From sequence record OR352947.1: a stretch of DNA of 64,000 bases; one strand, written 5' to 3'. Each line of letters starts with the position of its first letter. Position 1 is the first letter of the stretch. The position numbers and the translations under genes were made by a program. The notes beneath the pieces were generated by a model. That model was not told the DNA's origin, searched no databases, and saw only the letters and a list, made by a program, of their open reading frames with translations. This document shows, in pieces, positions 18,459 through 26,654 of this stretch. This DNA comes from Escherichia phage AV117.

Positions 18459-19067
18459 TCAGTAACTGACAATAGACAGATTCCAGATTGTATAACGTCC
18501 GTCTTGAATAATAGAATCTACACGCAGTGTAGTCCCTATAGGGAGCATAAATTCACATTCGTCAGATATAAGTCTAGCATTAGACCGTCTTGTCGCTTCA
18601 GGGAAAGCTCCATTGAACTCGCAAGATGGTGCAGCCAGAATCATATTAAGCATATGTTCACGGAAGTTGAAAGCAAATGGTGCATCTTTGATGCAGAACA
18701 TATTAAATGTTCCATAAAAATTATATGAAGCAAAGTTACGTGCCACACCAAACACTGGACTAAAGCTCATTACTCTGTCAAATTTAATAATACTACCAAC
18801 GCCTTTATCATCGAGTGTGGCCATAGTTTTCTTAGAGATTCCACGATACATTGTCTCAGGAACTGAAGAAGACCAATTTCTACGAACAATTGCACTTAAA
18901 TCTTGTTGGATGCTGTCTGGCTTGTTTTCCATACACTGCCACAGTACACTTTGTTCAATGTCACTGAATTGCTCATCGATTTTGTACTGAAGCATATCTT
19001 GATAATCCGGGCATTGAGCACGACGAACCATTTCTTCAATTTCACACTCGTTATACGGCATAAACAT
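18459..19067 (-). CDS. modA: ADP-ribosyltransferase, ModA-like
   Basis: 202 aa; R (MYRGIS), S-x-S (SFSP) and E-x-E (DECEF) elements of R-S-E ADP-ribosyltransferases; paralogous to next ORF; T4 modA/modB map position. Confidence 0.65.
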   Translation of the reverse strand: MFMPYNECEIEEMVRRAQCPDYQDMLQYKIDEQFSDIEQSVLWQCMENKPDSIQQDLSAIVRRNWSSSVPETMYRGISKKTMATLDDKGVGSIIKFDRVMSFSPVFGVARNFASYNFYGTFNMFCIKDAPFAFNFREHMLNMILAAPSCEFNGAFPEATRRSNARLISDECEFMLPIGTTLRVDSIIQDGRYTIWNLSIVSY

Positions 19068-19084
19068 TTAGGTTTCTCCTGTGG

Positions 19085-19124
19085 TTGATAAAGGTATAGT
19101 ATCATCATCGGAAGAGTTTGTACA
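19085..19124 (-). promoter_or_regulatory. early promoter upstream of the modA-like gene
   Basis: TGTACA-N17-TACTAT then AGGAG RBS. Confidence 0.5.
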
Positions 19125-19706
19125 CTAAAAATTCAACATTTTCAAATGAATGATTTTGTATAATCGAGATAAAGGGTCATATTCTAAGTCTTCAATTTCC
19201 ACAATCTCAAATCTAGAGATACCTGAGACCATGTACTCTTGTTCAGATTCAATCATATCTAGGACATCGATACGAGTTTCTTCCATAACATGCTTAGGGT
19301 TTTTTCCGGCAAGTACAATGTTAATCATGTTTTGGTAGTAATCAAAAATGAATGGAGCATTCCTGAGACTAAGAATAGTGTACGTCTGATATTCCCAGCT
19401 CCCGGAGAATTGACGAGCTGTACTGAAATCAGTTGTGAACGATGTTACTCGTCCAGGAGACCAATGACATCCAACAGAAAGAAGGGAAAGTCGTTCTACT
19501 TCTTCCGGAGTTACACCGCGGTAGAGTTCTACTGGTACTGTAGAAGTCATATGCTTACGAACAAGATGGTCTAATTCATAGTGGAAATCCGGGTCTTCCT
19601 TAGAATCGGTGCAAGCCCAGAGAATATTTTGTTCTTGGCGGGTGAATTTGCTATCAATCAGATTTGTTAGGTATTCACGTTCTTGAAGTTCAGATTGACA
19701 TGTCAT
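19125..19706 (-). CDS. modB: ADP-ribosyltransferase, ModB-like
   Basis: 193 aa; LYRGV, SFTTDFSTA, SEQEYMV elements of an R-S-E ADP-ribosyltransferase. Confidence 0.65.
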   Translation of the reverse strand: MTCQSELQEREYLTNLIDSKFTRQEQNILWACTDSKEDPDFHYELDHLVRKHMTSTVPVELYRGVTPEEVERLSLLSVGCHWSPGRVTSFTTDFSTARQFSGSWEYQTYTILSLRNAPFIFDYYQNMINIVLAGKNPKHVMEETRIDVLDMIESEQEYMVSGISRFEIVEIEDLEYDPLSRLYKIIHLKMLNF

Positions 19707-19711
19707 GATAG

Positions 19712-19762
19712 ACCTCCATTTAAAGATAAGCCTATCATAACACGAGAGGAGGGAATGTAAAC
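19712..19762 (-). promoter_or_regulatory. early promoter upstream of the modB-like gene
   Basis: GTTTAC-N17-TATGAT then GGAGG RBS. Confidence 0.5.
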
Positions 19763-19922
19763 TACTTTTTAAGCTTTCCTACTAAAGGTCCATCAGGTCC
19801 AGGTTGTTCTAACATGAATAAGGATGCTTTAAAAAGCAATGTCAACCCTTTCACCATTCGATACCATATCTCAAAGTCTTTTTCCTTGATTTCTAGTAAG
19901 AATTTCTCTTTAAATTTCTCTT

Positions 19923-20111
19923 TCATTTCCAAGGACTCCATGGTGGAGGGTCGTCATAATAAGAGGCAAGGTCTTTCAGGGCTTCAACAGGTAAACTAAA
20001 GCCGTGACGTTGTATAATACTATCTAGTTCATCAACAAGTTCACTACGATGCACTTTAGGAGCCTCAACTTCGGGCTCATCAAACATACTCATCAAGTCC
20101 ATATTATTCAC
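19923..20111 (-). CDS. hypothetical acidic protein (62 aa)
   Basis: ORF. Confidence 0.4.
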   Translation of the reverse strand: MNNMDLMSMFDEPEVEAPKVHRSELVDELDSIIQRHGFSLPVEALKDLASYYDDPPPWSPWK

Positions 20112-20568
20112 CGAGATAAAAACTAGCAGGTTCAGAGAATGTTTCTAGCGCTACACCTTTTGTCTTAAAAAATTTCCAAATAGCTCGTTGCAAATGGGTT
20201 AAATCTGCTAATGATGTAATAAAGTATTTTTTAGCAAAATACTTATGGTCTCGCTTTTCAAACAAGTCTAAACGCTTTTCAGGATTCACATAAACTGCAT
20301 TTTCCGTAGATTCATAACCTAAGTCCTTTATGCCTTCTTCAAGACTAAACGGAGAATTTTTAGAACGAGTAATAGCTCCAACTCGCTCTACACGAATTTT
20401 GTAACCTTTAGGAATCTGCAATTTACAGAATTCTTCTACGATATATTGCGGATTATTTAGACTTTTGTTAATGAGAATAGCTATTTCTAGTGGAGTCTTA
20501 TCTTCTACTGGTATATGTTTAAACGACTTGGCTTCAAGCAAATACATTTTAAATAACATAGCATCCAT
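20104..20568 (-). CDS. hypothetical protein (154 aa)
   Basis: ORF. Confidence 0.5.
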   Translation of the reverse strand: MDAMLFKMYLLEAKSFKHIPVEDKTPLEIAILINKSLNNPQYIVEEFCKLQIPKGYKIRVERVGAITRSKNSPFSLEEGIKDLGYESTENAVYVNPEKRLDLFEKRDHKYFAKKYFITSLADLTHLQRAIWKFFKTKGVALETFSEPASFYLGE

Positions 20569-20774
20569 TATAATTTCCTCGATGGTTCACCCATATAAAG
20601 TTTTACAATACGTTCGCCTTCATCTTCGATGAGCTTCTCTTCGTGTTTCTGGAATTCTTTAGCCATATTCTCTTCAAGAACATCCAGCCAATCTTCTGGA
20701 CCGACACCATCGTCCCAGCTTTTAAACCATTTTACTATTCTGTTCATTCGCAGCTCCCTGAGCTTGAACCACAA
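20568..20774 (-). CDS. hypothetical protein (68 aa)
   Basis: ORF. Confidence 0.45.
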   Translation of the reverse strand: MWFKLRELRMNRIVKWFKSWDDGVGPEDWLDVLEENMAKEFQKHEEKLIEDEGERIVKLYMGEPSRKL

Positions 20775-21067
20775 TCAGAATAACTTGACCCAGAATCACC
20801 AGGCCAAGACGATACGTATGAATGATTATAATCGGAAGAGCTTGAAGCATTAACCTGTTTTGTTTTTGGACGAACAACTTCTTCCATCATTCCGTCGCCG
20901 ATATATTCCCAACTTTTTTCGTGTGTATCAGGAATAGGCATCATACCTTCGCCTGGTTTAACAGCAAACAACTTCTTCAGCATCGTAAGCATTAATTGTT
21001 CCTCGAACAAAACGAACACCACCATCGTCCCAACGAATTTCGGCATTAAATTTGACGTCTTCACCAT
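20744..21067 (-). CDS. hypothetical Ser-rich protein (start probably internal)
   Basis: C-terminal SSSSDYNHSYVSSWPGDSGSSYSDCGSSSGSCE; overlaps next ORF. Confidence 0.35.
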   Translation of the reverse strand: MVKTSNLMPKFVGTMVVFVLFEEQLMLTMLKKLFAVKPGEGMMPIPDTHEKSWEYIGDGMMEEVVRPKTKQVNASSSSDYNHSYVSSWPGDSGSSYSDCGSSSGSCE

Positions 21068-21224
21068 CCATCATGAATGAGTGTACGACTACATCATCAT
21101 AATATCCAAGACCGTATTTCAACGAAACTTCTTGAGCAATCAAAGCACCTAATGTGTTATTAGGTTTAATCCAGCGATTTAACATATTGTTCTCCTCTTG
21201 AGTAAGTAAAGAATATCTTAACAC
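20958..21224 (-). CDS. hypothetical protein (88 aa)
   Basis: ORF. Confidence 0.4.
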   Translation of the reverse strand: MLRYSLLTQEENNMLNRWIKPNNTLGALIAQEVSLKYGLGYYDDVVVHSFMMDGEDVKFNAEIRWDDGGVRFVRGTINAYDAEEVVCC

Positions 21225-21266
21225 AGTTTTTAGTGGTTGTAAACTGTAGGTAGAAACAAAAAAAAA

Positions 21267-21288
21267 AGGAATCCCGAAGGATTCCTTA
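21267..21288 (-). terminator. strong intrinsic terminator (UUCG tetraloop) after soc
   Basis: aggaatcc-cgaa-ggattcct; minus RNA followed by a run of about 10 U. Confidence 0.7.
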
Positions 21289-21294
21289 AATTAT

Positions 21295-21531
21295 TTAACC
21301 GCTTACTGGTGTAGGGGTAAACATTGCGGCATTCTTAGTTTTCCAATCAGCTGCGTCAGAAACTACAGTAGAATATGCTGCCTTTTCTGATGGAAAGATT
21401 TGGTAATGAGAATCCGCAATCCGATGTTCGTTTGAATAAATCTCAAACGGTACAGAAACTTCCATACCTTTAACTTCTTTGCCTTCACCCGCTGGATGAG
21501 TAAAGGTCTTGATGTTAACGAAACCACCCAT
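21295..21531 (-). CDS. soc: small outer capsid protein Soc
   Basis: 78 aa; YVNIKTF...HYQ.FPSEKAAYSTV matches my recollection of T4 Soc; late promoter immediately upstream. Confidence 0.85.
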   Translation of the reverse strand: MGGFVNIKTFTHPAGEGKEVKGMEVSVPFEIYSNEHRIADSHYQIFPSEKAAYSTVVSDAADWKTKNAAMFTPTPVSG

Positions 21532-21562
21532 AATTAACTCCTTTGTTGTTTAATTACAGGTG

Positions 21563-21570
21563 TATTTATA
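21563..21570 (-). promoter_or_regulatory. T4 late promoter TATAAATA upstream of soc
   Basis: tatttata on the plus strand (TATAAATA on the coding strand) about 32 nt before the soc ATG. Confidence 0.65.
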
Positions 21571-21577
21571 TCAGTAA

Positions 21578-22114
21578 TCAGTAACCATTATCCTGGCGTT
21601 CAAAGTTGTGTTGGTTTTTCAAGTAGTAAAGTTTAAAGATTTCTTCAGCGGAAAGACCAAGACCTTGGAACATATTCAGAACAAAGTGCAGAATATCAAT
21701 CATCTCGAATTTAATTTCGAGCTGGTCTTCAGGAGACAGTTCATCGATACGACGATTTCGATATTCAGCATGTTGAGCTTTCCAAGGCTTCCATACAGAG
21801 CTAGCGGCTTTTTCACCATTGCTCATACCACCGAGTGAAGTCAACAGTTCACGGAATTCATCATCAATATAATCTTTCTGATTACGCAGCCAATCAACAA
21901 CATCGCCAGCAGTGGCCAATTCGTCAGGATGTTTGTTATGTTCAGGCTTATCATTTGCCAGACGAATCTGTAAAGATTTCTGCATATCAAGCATTACCTG
22001 CAGAGGGTCTTTATCTTCATGAATCAGAGCATTAAAATAAGCTTCTTCTGCTTTATCAACACCAGAAATAAGTTGTGAACATTCGTTAAAGTGCGCCATT
22101 ATTTTTCCTTTCAA
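21578..22114 (-). CDS. 56: dCTPase/dUTPase (gp56, MazG-like dCTP pyrophosphatase)
   Basis: start probably MAHFNEC (as in T4 gp56); DKDPLQVMLDMQ...LANDK and C-terminal EIFKLYYLKN blocks match my recollection of T4 gp56. Confidence 0.88.
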   Translation of the reverse strand: MKGKIMAHFNECSQLISGVDKAEEAYFNALIHEDKDPLQVMLDMQKSLQIRLANDKPEHNKHPDELATAGDVVDWLRNQKDYIDDEFRELLTSLGGMSNGEKAASSVWKPWKAQHAEYRNRRIDELSPEDQLEIKFEMIDILHFVLNMFQGLGLSAEEIFKLYYLKNQHNFERQDNGY

Positions 22115-22189
22115 TTCAGTATAAGAGAGTTTAATTCTAACATTAATTTTATAAAGCGTAATAAATAATAAGGTAACTAAGGAGATATT

Positions 22190-22387
22190 ATGTTTAAACT
22201 TCCATCGTTAATCAACGCTATTAAAGGCAATAAAAAGAAAACTGCTATCGCTGCAATAGTTGTAGGTGGCATTATTTCATGGAACTTCGGGATTGCGCCA
22301 TTGTTAGTTGCCCATGGTGTTATGGTTCCTTCTGTTCCATTGGATACTGTAGTTGATTTAGCCTTTGCTATTATAGGGCTTGTCTAA
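22190..22387 (+). CDS. small membrane protein (65 aa), plus strand
   Basis: strong AAGGAG RBS 7 nt before ATG; two hydrophobic segments; sits in the 56-61 intergenic gap on the opposite strand. Confidence 0.5.
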   Translation: MFKLPSLINAIKGNKKKTAIAAIVVGGIISWNFGIAPLLVAHGVMVPSVPLDTVVDLAFAIIGLV

Positions 22388-23406
22388 ATCTTAGAATAAT
22401 GAGATAATCTCATTTTAGCATGCAACCCACTTGAAATATTCTGTTTCATATATTCTAAAATTTCTTGTGGTGTTGCATTTTCTTTCATTACCATATCATT
22501 CACATCCTTTGATCTCCACGGAGCTCGGTCCCAGAACATGACACGTTCGCCTGCATCAACTAATCGCTTCATGCGAGCTATAGTATCCGGATGCCTAGGT
22601 TCATTATCCATTACCCATACCCGACGTTCTTTAAATGGTACCACATCTAAATCTATTGAGCCGCCTGTAATAGCGATTGCATTGGGTATGAATAAACTAT
22701 CAATAGGGCCTTCCATCACCCAGACGTCTCCTTCCTTAACACGTTCAACACCATAAATTTTTGTTGCAGACTCAAACGCTTTAATAGTGATATATTTCTG
22801 AGGAGCATCTTTACGAAGTGCACGTCCTTGGAATGACTCAGCCTTCCCATCTTTATTAAAAATAGGAATCACTAAACGTGGTTCGGGAATCTCTTTCTTA
22901 TACGTACCAGGTTGAATCTTGTTGACCAATTTAGGCCATTCTAATGTGAACCATAATCTGTCCCATGATTCTTTAGGAATGCATCGAGACTTAACATATT
23001 TCACAATAGGATGCTCTTCAGGCAGCTTGTCCAGACGAGAACAAGACGGCAAAGAATTTATAGTCTTTTTCTCCGGTTCTGGTTTATGTTCAGGAACCTT
23101 TTCAATCTTTGGTTCCATTCTAGCTTTTTCTTTACGAACTTCCATTAGATATTCGCGGTAAAGCTCTTCATCATACTCTTTTAAGTATCCGGAAATTGTA
23201 TTGTGGTATTGACAATTATAGCAATGTACATTACCAGGAGTACCGCCATAATACCATCCGCGAGCTTTCATTGCATCTGTCTGGGAGTCGCCACAAACCG
23301 GACAACGAAATGTTAATTTAAATGTACTTGAATTATTGATTTGTCTAAAACGAGGGAGGTGAGAAAACGCACGATAAGCAAATTCATTATCTATCCATTC
23401 AGCCAT
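22384..23406 (-). CDS. 61: DNA primase (gp61)
   Basis: 340 aa; N-terminal zinc-binding CPVCGDS...CYNC; TOPRIM region; size and order as T4 gp61. Confidence 0.9.
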   Translation of the reverse strand: MAEWIDNEFAYRAFSHLPRFRQINNSSTFKLTFRCPVCGDSQTDAMKARGWYYGGTPGNVHCYNCQYHNTISGYLKEYDEELYREYLMEVRKEKARMEPKIEKVPEHKPEPEKKTINSLPSCSRLDKLPEEHPIVKYVKSRCIPKESWDRLWFTLEWPKLVNKIQPGTYKKEIPEPRLVIPIFNKDGKAESFQGRALRKDAPQKYITIKAFESATKIYGVERVKEGDVWVMEGPIDSLFIPNAIAITGGSIDLDVVPFKERRVWVMDNEPRHPDTIARMKRLVDAGERVMFWDRAPWRSKDVNDMVMKENATPQEILEYMKQNISSGLHAKMRLSHYSKI

Positions 23407-23445
23407 AGTATTCTCCAGAGGCCTTAAATTAATAAGGCCATCATA

Positions 23446-23940
23446 TCACAACTTATTAATATTTACTTTAATTCGCTTTCTTTTCTTGGAAGGAATTTGT
23501 TCTGGACCTTTATTTACGACTGCACCTGTAGTTGTTCCTGATGCAATAGCTTGAGGACTACCGCCTGAATCACCAGCAACCATATCCTCAAATAAAGGGA
23601 GTTCTTTAAATATTTCTTTCTGTTGTTCTTCCGTAATGTTATAGCGTGAAGCTACAGCACTCCAGGCAGACATCATTGAGGCCATTCCATTAAGACCTGG
23701 AACAGTGCTCATCATTCGCTTCATTGAACGAACTGAAGCATGAAAAGGTGTATACGCAGCTTTCTCTTCGGGAGTAGAAGGACGTTTAAGAACACTTCCA
23801 CGTTCATCGATGATTTTGGCTTCGTATGCTTTCCATTCGGTAAAAGGTTTTTGCATTAGTCGAATAAACTTATATGCGTAAACAGAATCTATTGCAGTGT
23901 TAATAATACCCATAGGTACCTCCTGAGTATATTTAATCAA
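23446..23940 (-). CDS. hypothetical protein with basic C-terminal tail
   Basis: 164 aa; C-terminal PSKKRKRIKVNINKL. Confidence 0.45.
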   Translation of the reverse strand: MIKYTQEVPMGIINTAIDSVYAYKFIRLMQKPFTEWKAYEAKIIDERGSVLKRPSTPEEKAAYTPFHASVRSMKRMMSTVPGLNGMASMMSAWSAVASRYNITEEQQKEIFKELPLFEDMVAGDSGGSPQAIASGTTTGAVVNKGPEQIPSKKRKRIKVNINKL

Positions 23941-24130
23941 TTACAAAGATTGCTTTGTCACCATTTATATCTGTGACTTCATATGTAGTGCCTTCATACT
24001 GTGGAATATTCCAAATTACACCATCATTAGCTTTTACGCTAATATGGTATTGGTGTTTTGAAACAACTTCATAATCTTCAAAACTTGTAAAAACACTAAT
24101 TTTAGAACCAGTGCAAATTGCAGTAGTCAT
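23933..24130 (-). CDS. hypothetical protein (65 aa)
   Basis: ORF. Confidence 0.4.
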   Translation of the reverse strand: MTTAICTGSKISVFTSFEDYEVVSKHQYHISVKANDGVIWNIPQYEGTTYEVTDINGDKAIFVID

Positions 24131-24131
24131 T

Positions 24132-24791
24132 TTAACCTCGATTCATAAATGCATTAAATATTTGGTCATCAACAGAAATTTCTAATTCGACTTCAATTGC
24201 TTCAGCCTTTTCTTCAGGTGGTAATTCGTATCCACACACTACAATTTTTTCATCAATATCAAAATATACGGAAGCAATATGATTAATGTTATTTTCGGTT
24301 AAGTCTAAATCAACATCAACATCTTTTTGACCTACACTTAAAGGATAACTAATACGGGTTATTTTATTATCTTTAACAAAGAGACCACCGACATACTCTG
24401 TACTACGTTTGAAGTTTACACGTTTCCGAAATGAAAGATATGATGCATCTTTACCGTGAGCTCGGCTCATAGGACATAATGAATAGCTAGAATAAGAGAT
24501 GTCAAATCCTACACCTTCAATATGAGCCAACGCGTCATGATTAAACCAATTATAATCATATGCCAAATCCATTATATTGTAATATGTGAAAGGCACCGGA
24601 TTAACATCATACGTTGTACCTTTAAAATCTGCCCAGGCAACGATTTCGTTATCTTTAACAATTACAAAAATTACACCAATATGGTATCCGTTATTATTTT
24701 CGTTCGGCGTTATATTATAACATTGTGCATTAGGAAATTTACCATATTTAAATGGCGCATTTTTGTGCATATAATAAATCATATTATTCAC
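24132..24791 (-). CDS. hypothetical protein (219 aa)
   Basis: ORF. Confidence 0.5.
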   Translation of the reverse strand: MNNMIYYMHKNAPFKYGKFPNAQCYNITPNENNNGYHIGVIFVIVKDNEIVAWADFKGTTYDVNPVPFTYYNIMDLAYDYNWFNHDALAHIEGVGFDISYSSYSLCPMSRAHGKDASYLSFRKRVNFKRSTEYVGGLFVKDNKITRISYPLSVGQKDVDVDLDLTENNINHIASVYFDIDEKIVVCGYELPPEEKAEAIEVELEISVDDQIFNAFMNRG

Positions 24792-25077
24792 CTGTGATTT
24801 CGGTTACGATATCTTTGTTATCGAAATTAGGGTCACAATACAAAACATAATTGTACTGCATGATGCCGCCAGTCTTAAGTTGTTCAACAACTTTATTAAC
24901 CATATTAGGACGGTCTCGTTTAGTGATGTTCATGATATCAGAGAAGATTTGTTGTTCAACATCTTCTTGATTTGCAGTCATTGACCACTCACAGAGGTCT
25001 TTATCATAACCTGCTGTAACTGGAGCCGGTGCACATGATACTGCAAGTAAGATTGCTGCCAATGATAACTTTTTCAT
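24784..25077 (-). CDS. sp: Spackle periplasmic protein (superinfection exclusion / lysozyme inhibitor)
   Basis: 97 aa; signal peptide then AGYDKDLCEWSMTA...IMNI.KRDRP...GG.MQYNYVLYCD.NF.NK.I..E..GE matches my recollection of T4 Sp. Confidence 0.82.
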   Translation of the reverse strand: MKKLSLAAILLAVSCAPAPVTAGYDKDLCEWSMTANQEDVEQQIFSDIMNITKRDRPNMVNKVVEQLKTGGIMQYNYVLYCDPNFDNKDIVTEITGE

Positions 25078-25140
25078 TTTAACTCCTTAGTTGATTTGAT
25101 AGGACTACTATACTATAGTCCATCTATAATGTAAACAAGT

Positions 25141-25389
25141 TTATTCTTTTTCGCGAATAATAATTACTTGTTGAGTCTGCTGAGCAGATTTCTTTTCGGC
25201 AACGATAGACCAAATTAAAGTTCCAATCCAACCAACCATCGTCCAGTTAAAGAGTAAAGATACAAAGAAGATTGCTGTTGTGCTTTTTGTGCCACGAATA
25301 AGTGCGATTACCCAAGGCAACATGTAAATGATGATTGAACCAATACCTGCGATTAAAACTGCTACTGAACTAGCTACGAATAATTCCAT
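25141..25389 (-). CDS. imm: superinfection immunity protein Imm-like (membrane)
   Basis: 82 aa; LPWVIALIRGTK...IFFVSLLFNWTMVGW...LIWS fits the Imm superinfection-immunity family signature as I recall it. Confidence 0.6.
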   Translation of the reverse strand: MELFVASSVAVLIAGIGSIIIYMLPWVIALIRGTKSTTAIFFVSLLFNWTMVGWIGTLIWSIVAEKKSAQQTQQVIIIREKE

Positions 25390-25404
25390 GTTAATTTCCT
25401 CTTG

Positions 25405-25447
25405 ATTTGTTATGTTTATAATATCTTGTTTTGACTTTGGCGTAAAC
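25405..25447 (-). promoter_or_regulatory. early promoter upstream of the imm-like gene
   Basis: GTTTAC-N18-TATTAT. Confidence 0.45.
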
Positions 25448-25450
25448 CAA

Positions 25451-25819
25451 TTAATTAAATTTGTTTAAACGTTCAATACACTGGACGTAGTTATTTGCGA
25501 TTTGTTTCTGGGTAGGCTCTTTACCGGTTGTTTCAACATAGCGAATGAATGCTATTTCAGTAGCCTGTAGACAATGTTCTTTAACGCGTTGTTCTTTTGG
25601 CAATGCTACAGTATCAGAGTCACGATAACGTTGAGCATGGGCATCAGCTTGAATCATTCGATTACCTACAGTAACCGGGTCTTCCACTTCAACTTTAGGT
25701 TGGTCATACTGTTTAACATTCGGATTGTAAATCAGTTGGCCAACGTTATTAGGGATAAAGCCATGGGCACCACATCCGGTTAATCCAAATACCATTGCTA
25801 AAGCGATTAATTTTTTCAT
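25451..25819 (-). CDS. putative lipoprotein (122 aa)
   Basis: signal peptide with lipobox LTGC. Confidence 0.5.
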   Translation of the reverse strand: MKKLIALAMVFGLTGCGAHGFIPNNVGQLIYNPNVKQYDQPKVEVEDPVTVGNRMIQADAHAQRYRDSDTVALPKEQRVKEHCLQATEIAFIRYVETTGKEPTQKQIANNYVQCIERLNKFN

Positions 25820-25879
25820 TTCAATTTCCTCTGTAGTTGATAGAAAGATAGTAACACAGTATGCGATGCTTGTAAACAG

Positions 25880-26092
25880 CTATTTTAAACTTTTGCGAAA
25901 TTTGCGTTTTTCTTGACGAATCTGTCGTTTAGTCGGACGTACAGCAAATTTAACGAAGTCCACTTTGCCATGTGGAAACTTTTCAGATGCTTCACAGTCC
26001 ATCATTAGTTCCCATCCTTCCAGAATAAGAGCTTTCCATTGCGTAGTTGATGCAAATTCGTATGTTGATGGTTTAAACACAGTTGAATACAT
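25880..26092 (-). CDS. small basic protein with C-terminal VRPTKRQIR motif
   Basis: 70 aa; shares the RPTKR(Q/M)(L/I)R..KR motif with ORFs at 53862-54041 and 54466-54663. Confidence 0.45.
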   Translation of the reverse strand: MYSTVFKPSTYEFASTTQWKALILEGWELMMDCEASEKFPHGKVDFVKFAVRPTKRQIRQEKRKFRKSLK

Positions 26093-26093
26093 A

Positions 26094-26306
26094 TTATCCT
26101 CTTAAATCAGCTTCAAAAACTTTCTCGTCATTAACAAATGCTTTAACTAATGCGTTGTTCACTTCAGCAAGTTGTACAGCAACCCACTCAATTTCTTCAC
26201 GGTCACCTGATAACATGATATCTTTAGTGAACATCTCACCGCTTTTAAACCAACCAATAAAAGTAACTTTAGTTAATTTGCTCATATTTCCTCGCAAAAT
26301 GCCCAT
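26094..26306 (-). CDS. dmd: Dmd (discriminator of mRNA degradation; antitoxin vs RnlA/LsoA)
   Basis: start probably MSKLTKV; VTFIGWFK...MFTK.I....D...W...Q.AEVN.ALVKAF..D.KV.E.D.RG matches my recollection of T4 Dmd (60 aa). Confidence 0.8.
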   Translation of the reverse strand: MGILRGNMSKLTKVTFIGWFKSGEMFTKDIMLSGDREEIEWVAVQLAEVNNALVKAFVNDEKVFEADLRG

Positions 26307-26599
26307 TCAGCGTGATAAACTGTAGCACCTTTAGTATCATTCATTTGAACTACATCTACCGGAGAAATTACTCGATAGAGACGTGGTTCACCTCCATAAG
26401 AGCGTGCTGCTCGTCCTGCATAAATCTTTGCTAAACCGATATCTTCAGTAAAGAATACCCGATCCAAGTTTTTCTTACGTCCTGTTTCAGACAGAACTCC
26501 TGTTTCTTCAGGAGGACAAAGCATGTTTTCGATGTTAGCTGAACTACTTGAACCGTGATAAAAAATCTTAAATTCTGCTTTACAATCGATGGTTTTCAT
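26282..26599 (-). CDS. hypothetical protein (105 aa)
   Basis: ORF with GGAGAA RBS and promoter upstream. Confidence 0.45.
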   Translation of the reverse strand: MKTIDCKAEFKIFYHGSSSSANIENMLCPPEETGVLSETGRKKNLDRVFFTEDIGLAKIYAGRAARSYGGEPRLYRVISPVDVVQMNDTKGATVYHAEWAFCEEI

Positions 26600-26607
26600 T
26601 TTGTTCT

Positions 26608-26654
26608 CCAGTAGTTGATAGGTCTATAATAACACAACTACTGGAGAAGTAAAC
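26608..26654 (-). promoter_or_regulatory. early promoter with -10 element flanked by the 10-bp inverted repeat CCAGTAGTTG/CAACTACTGG
   Basis: GTTTAC-N17-TATTAT-AGACCTATC; the first 30 nt are duplicated at 59682-59711. Confidence 0.55.

Noticed and set aside
26282-26599. H-G-S...Y...E pattern in the 105-aa protein suggesting a mini ADP-ribosyltransferase or Tpt1-like fold
   Set aside because: The protein is too short and the motif spacing is unverified. Left as hypothetical.
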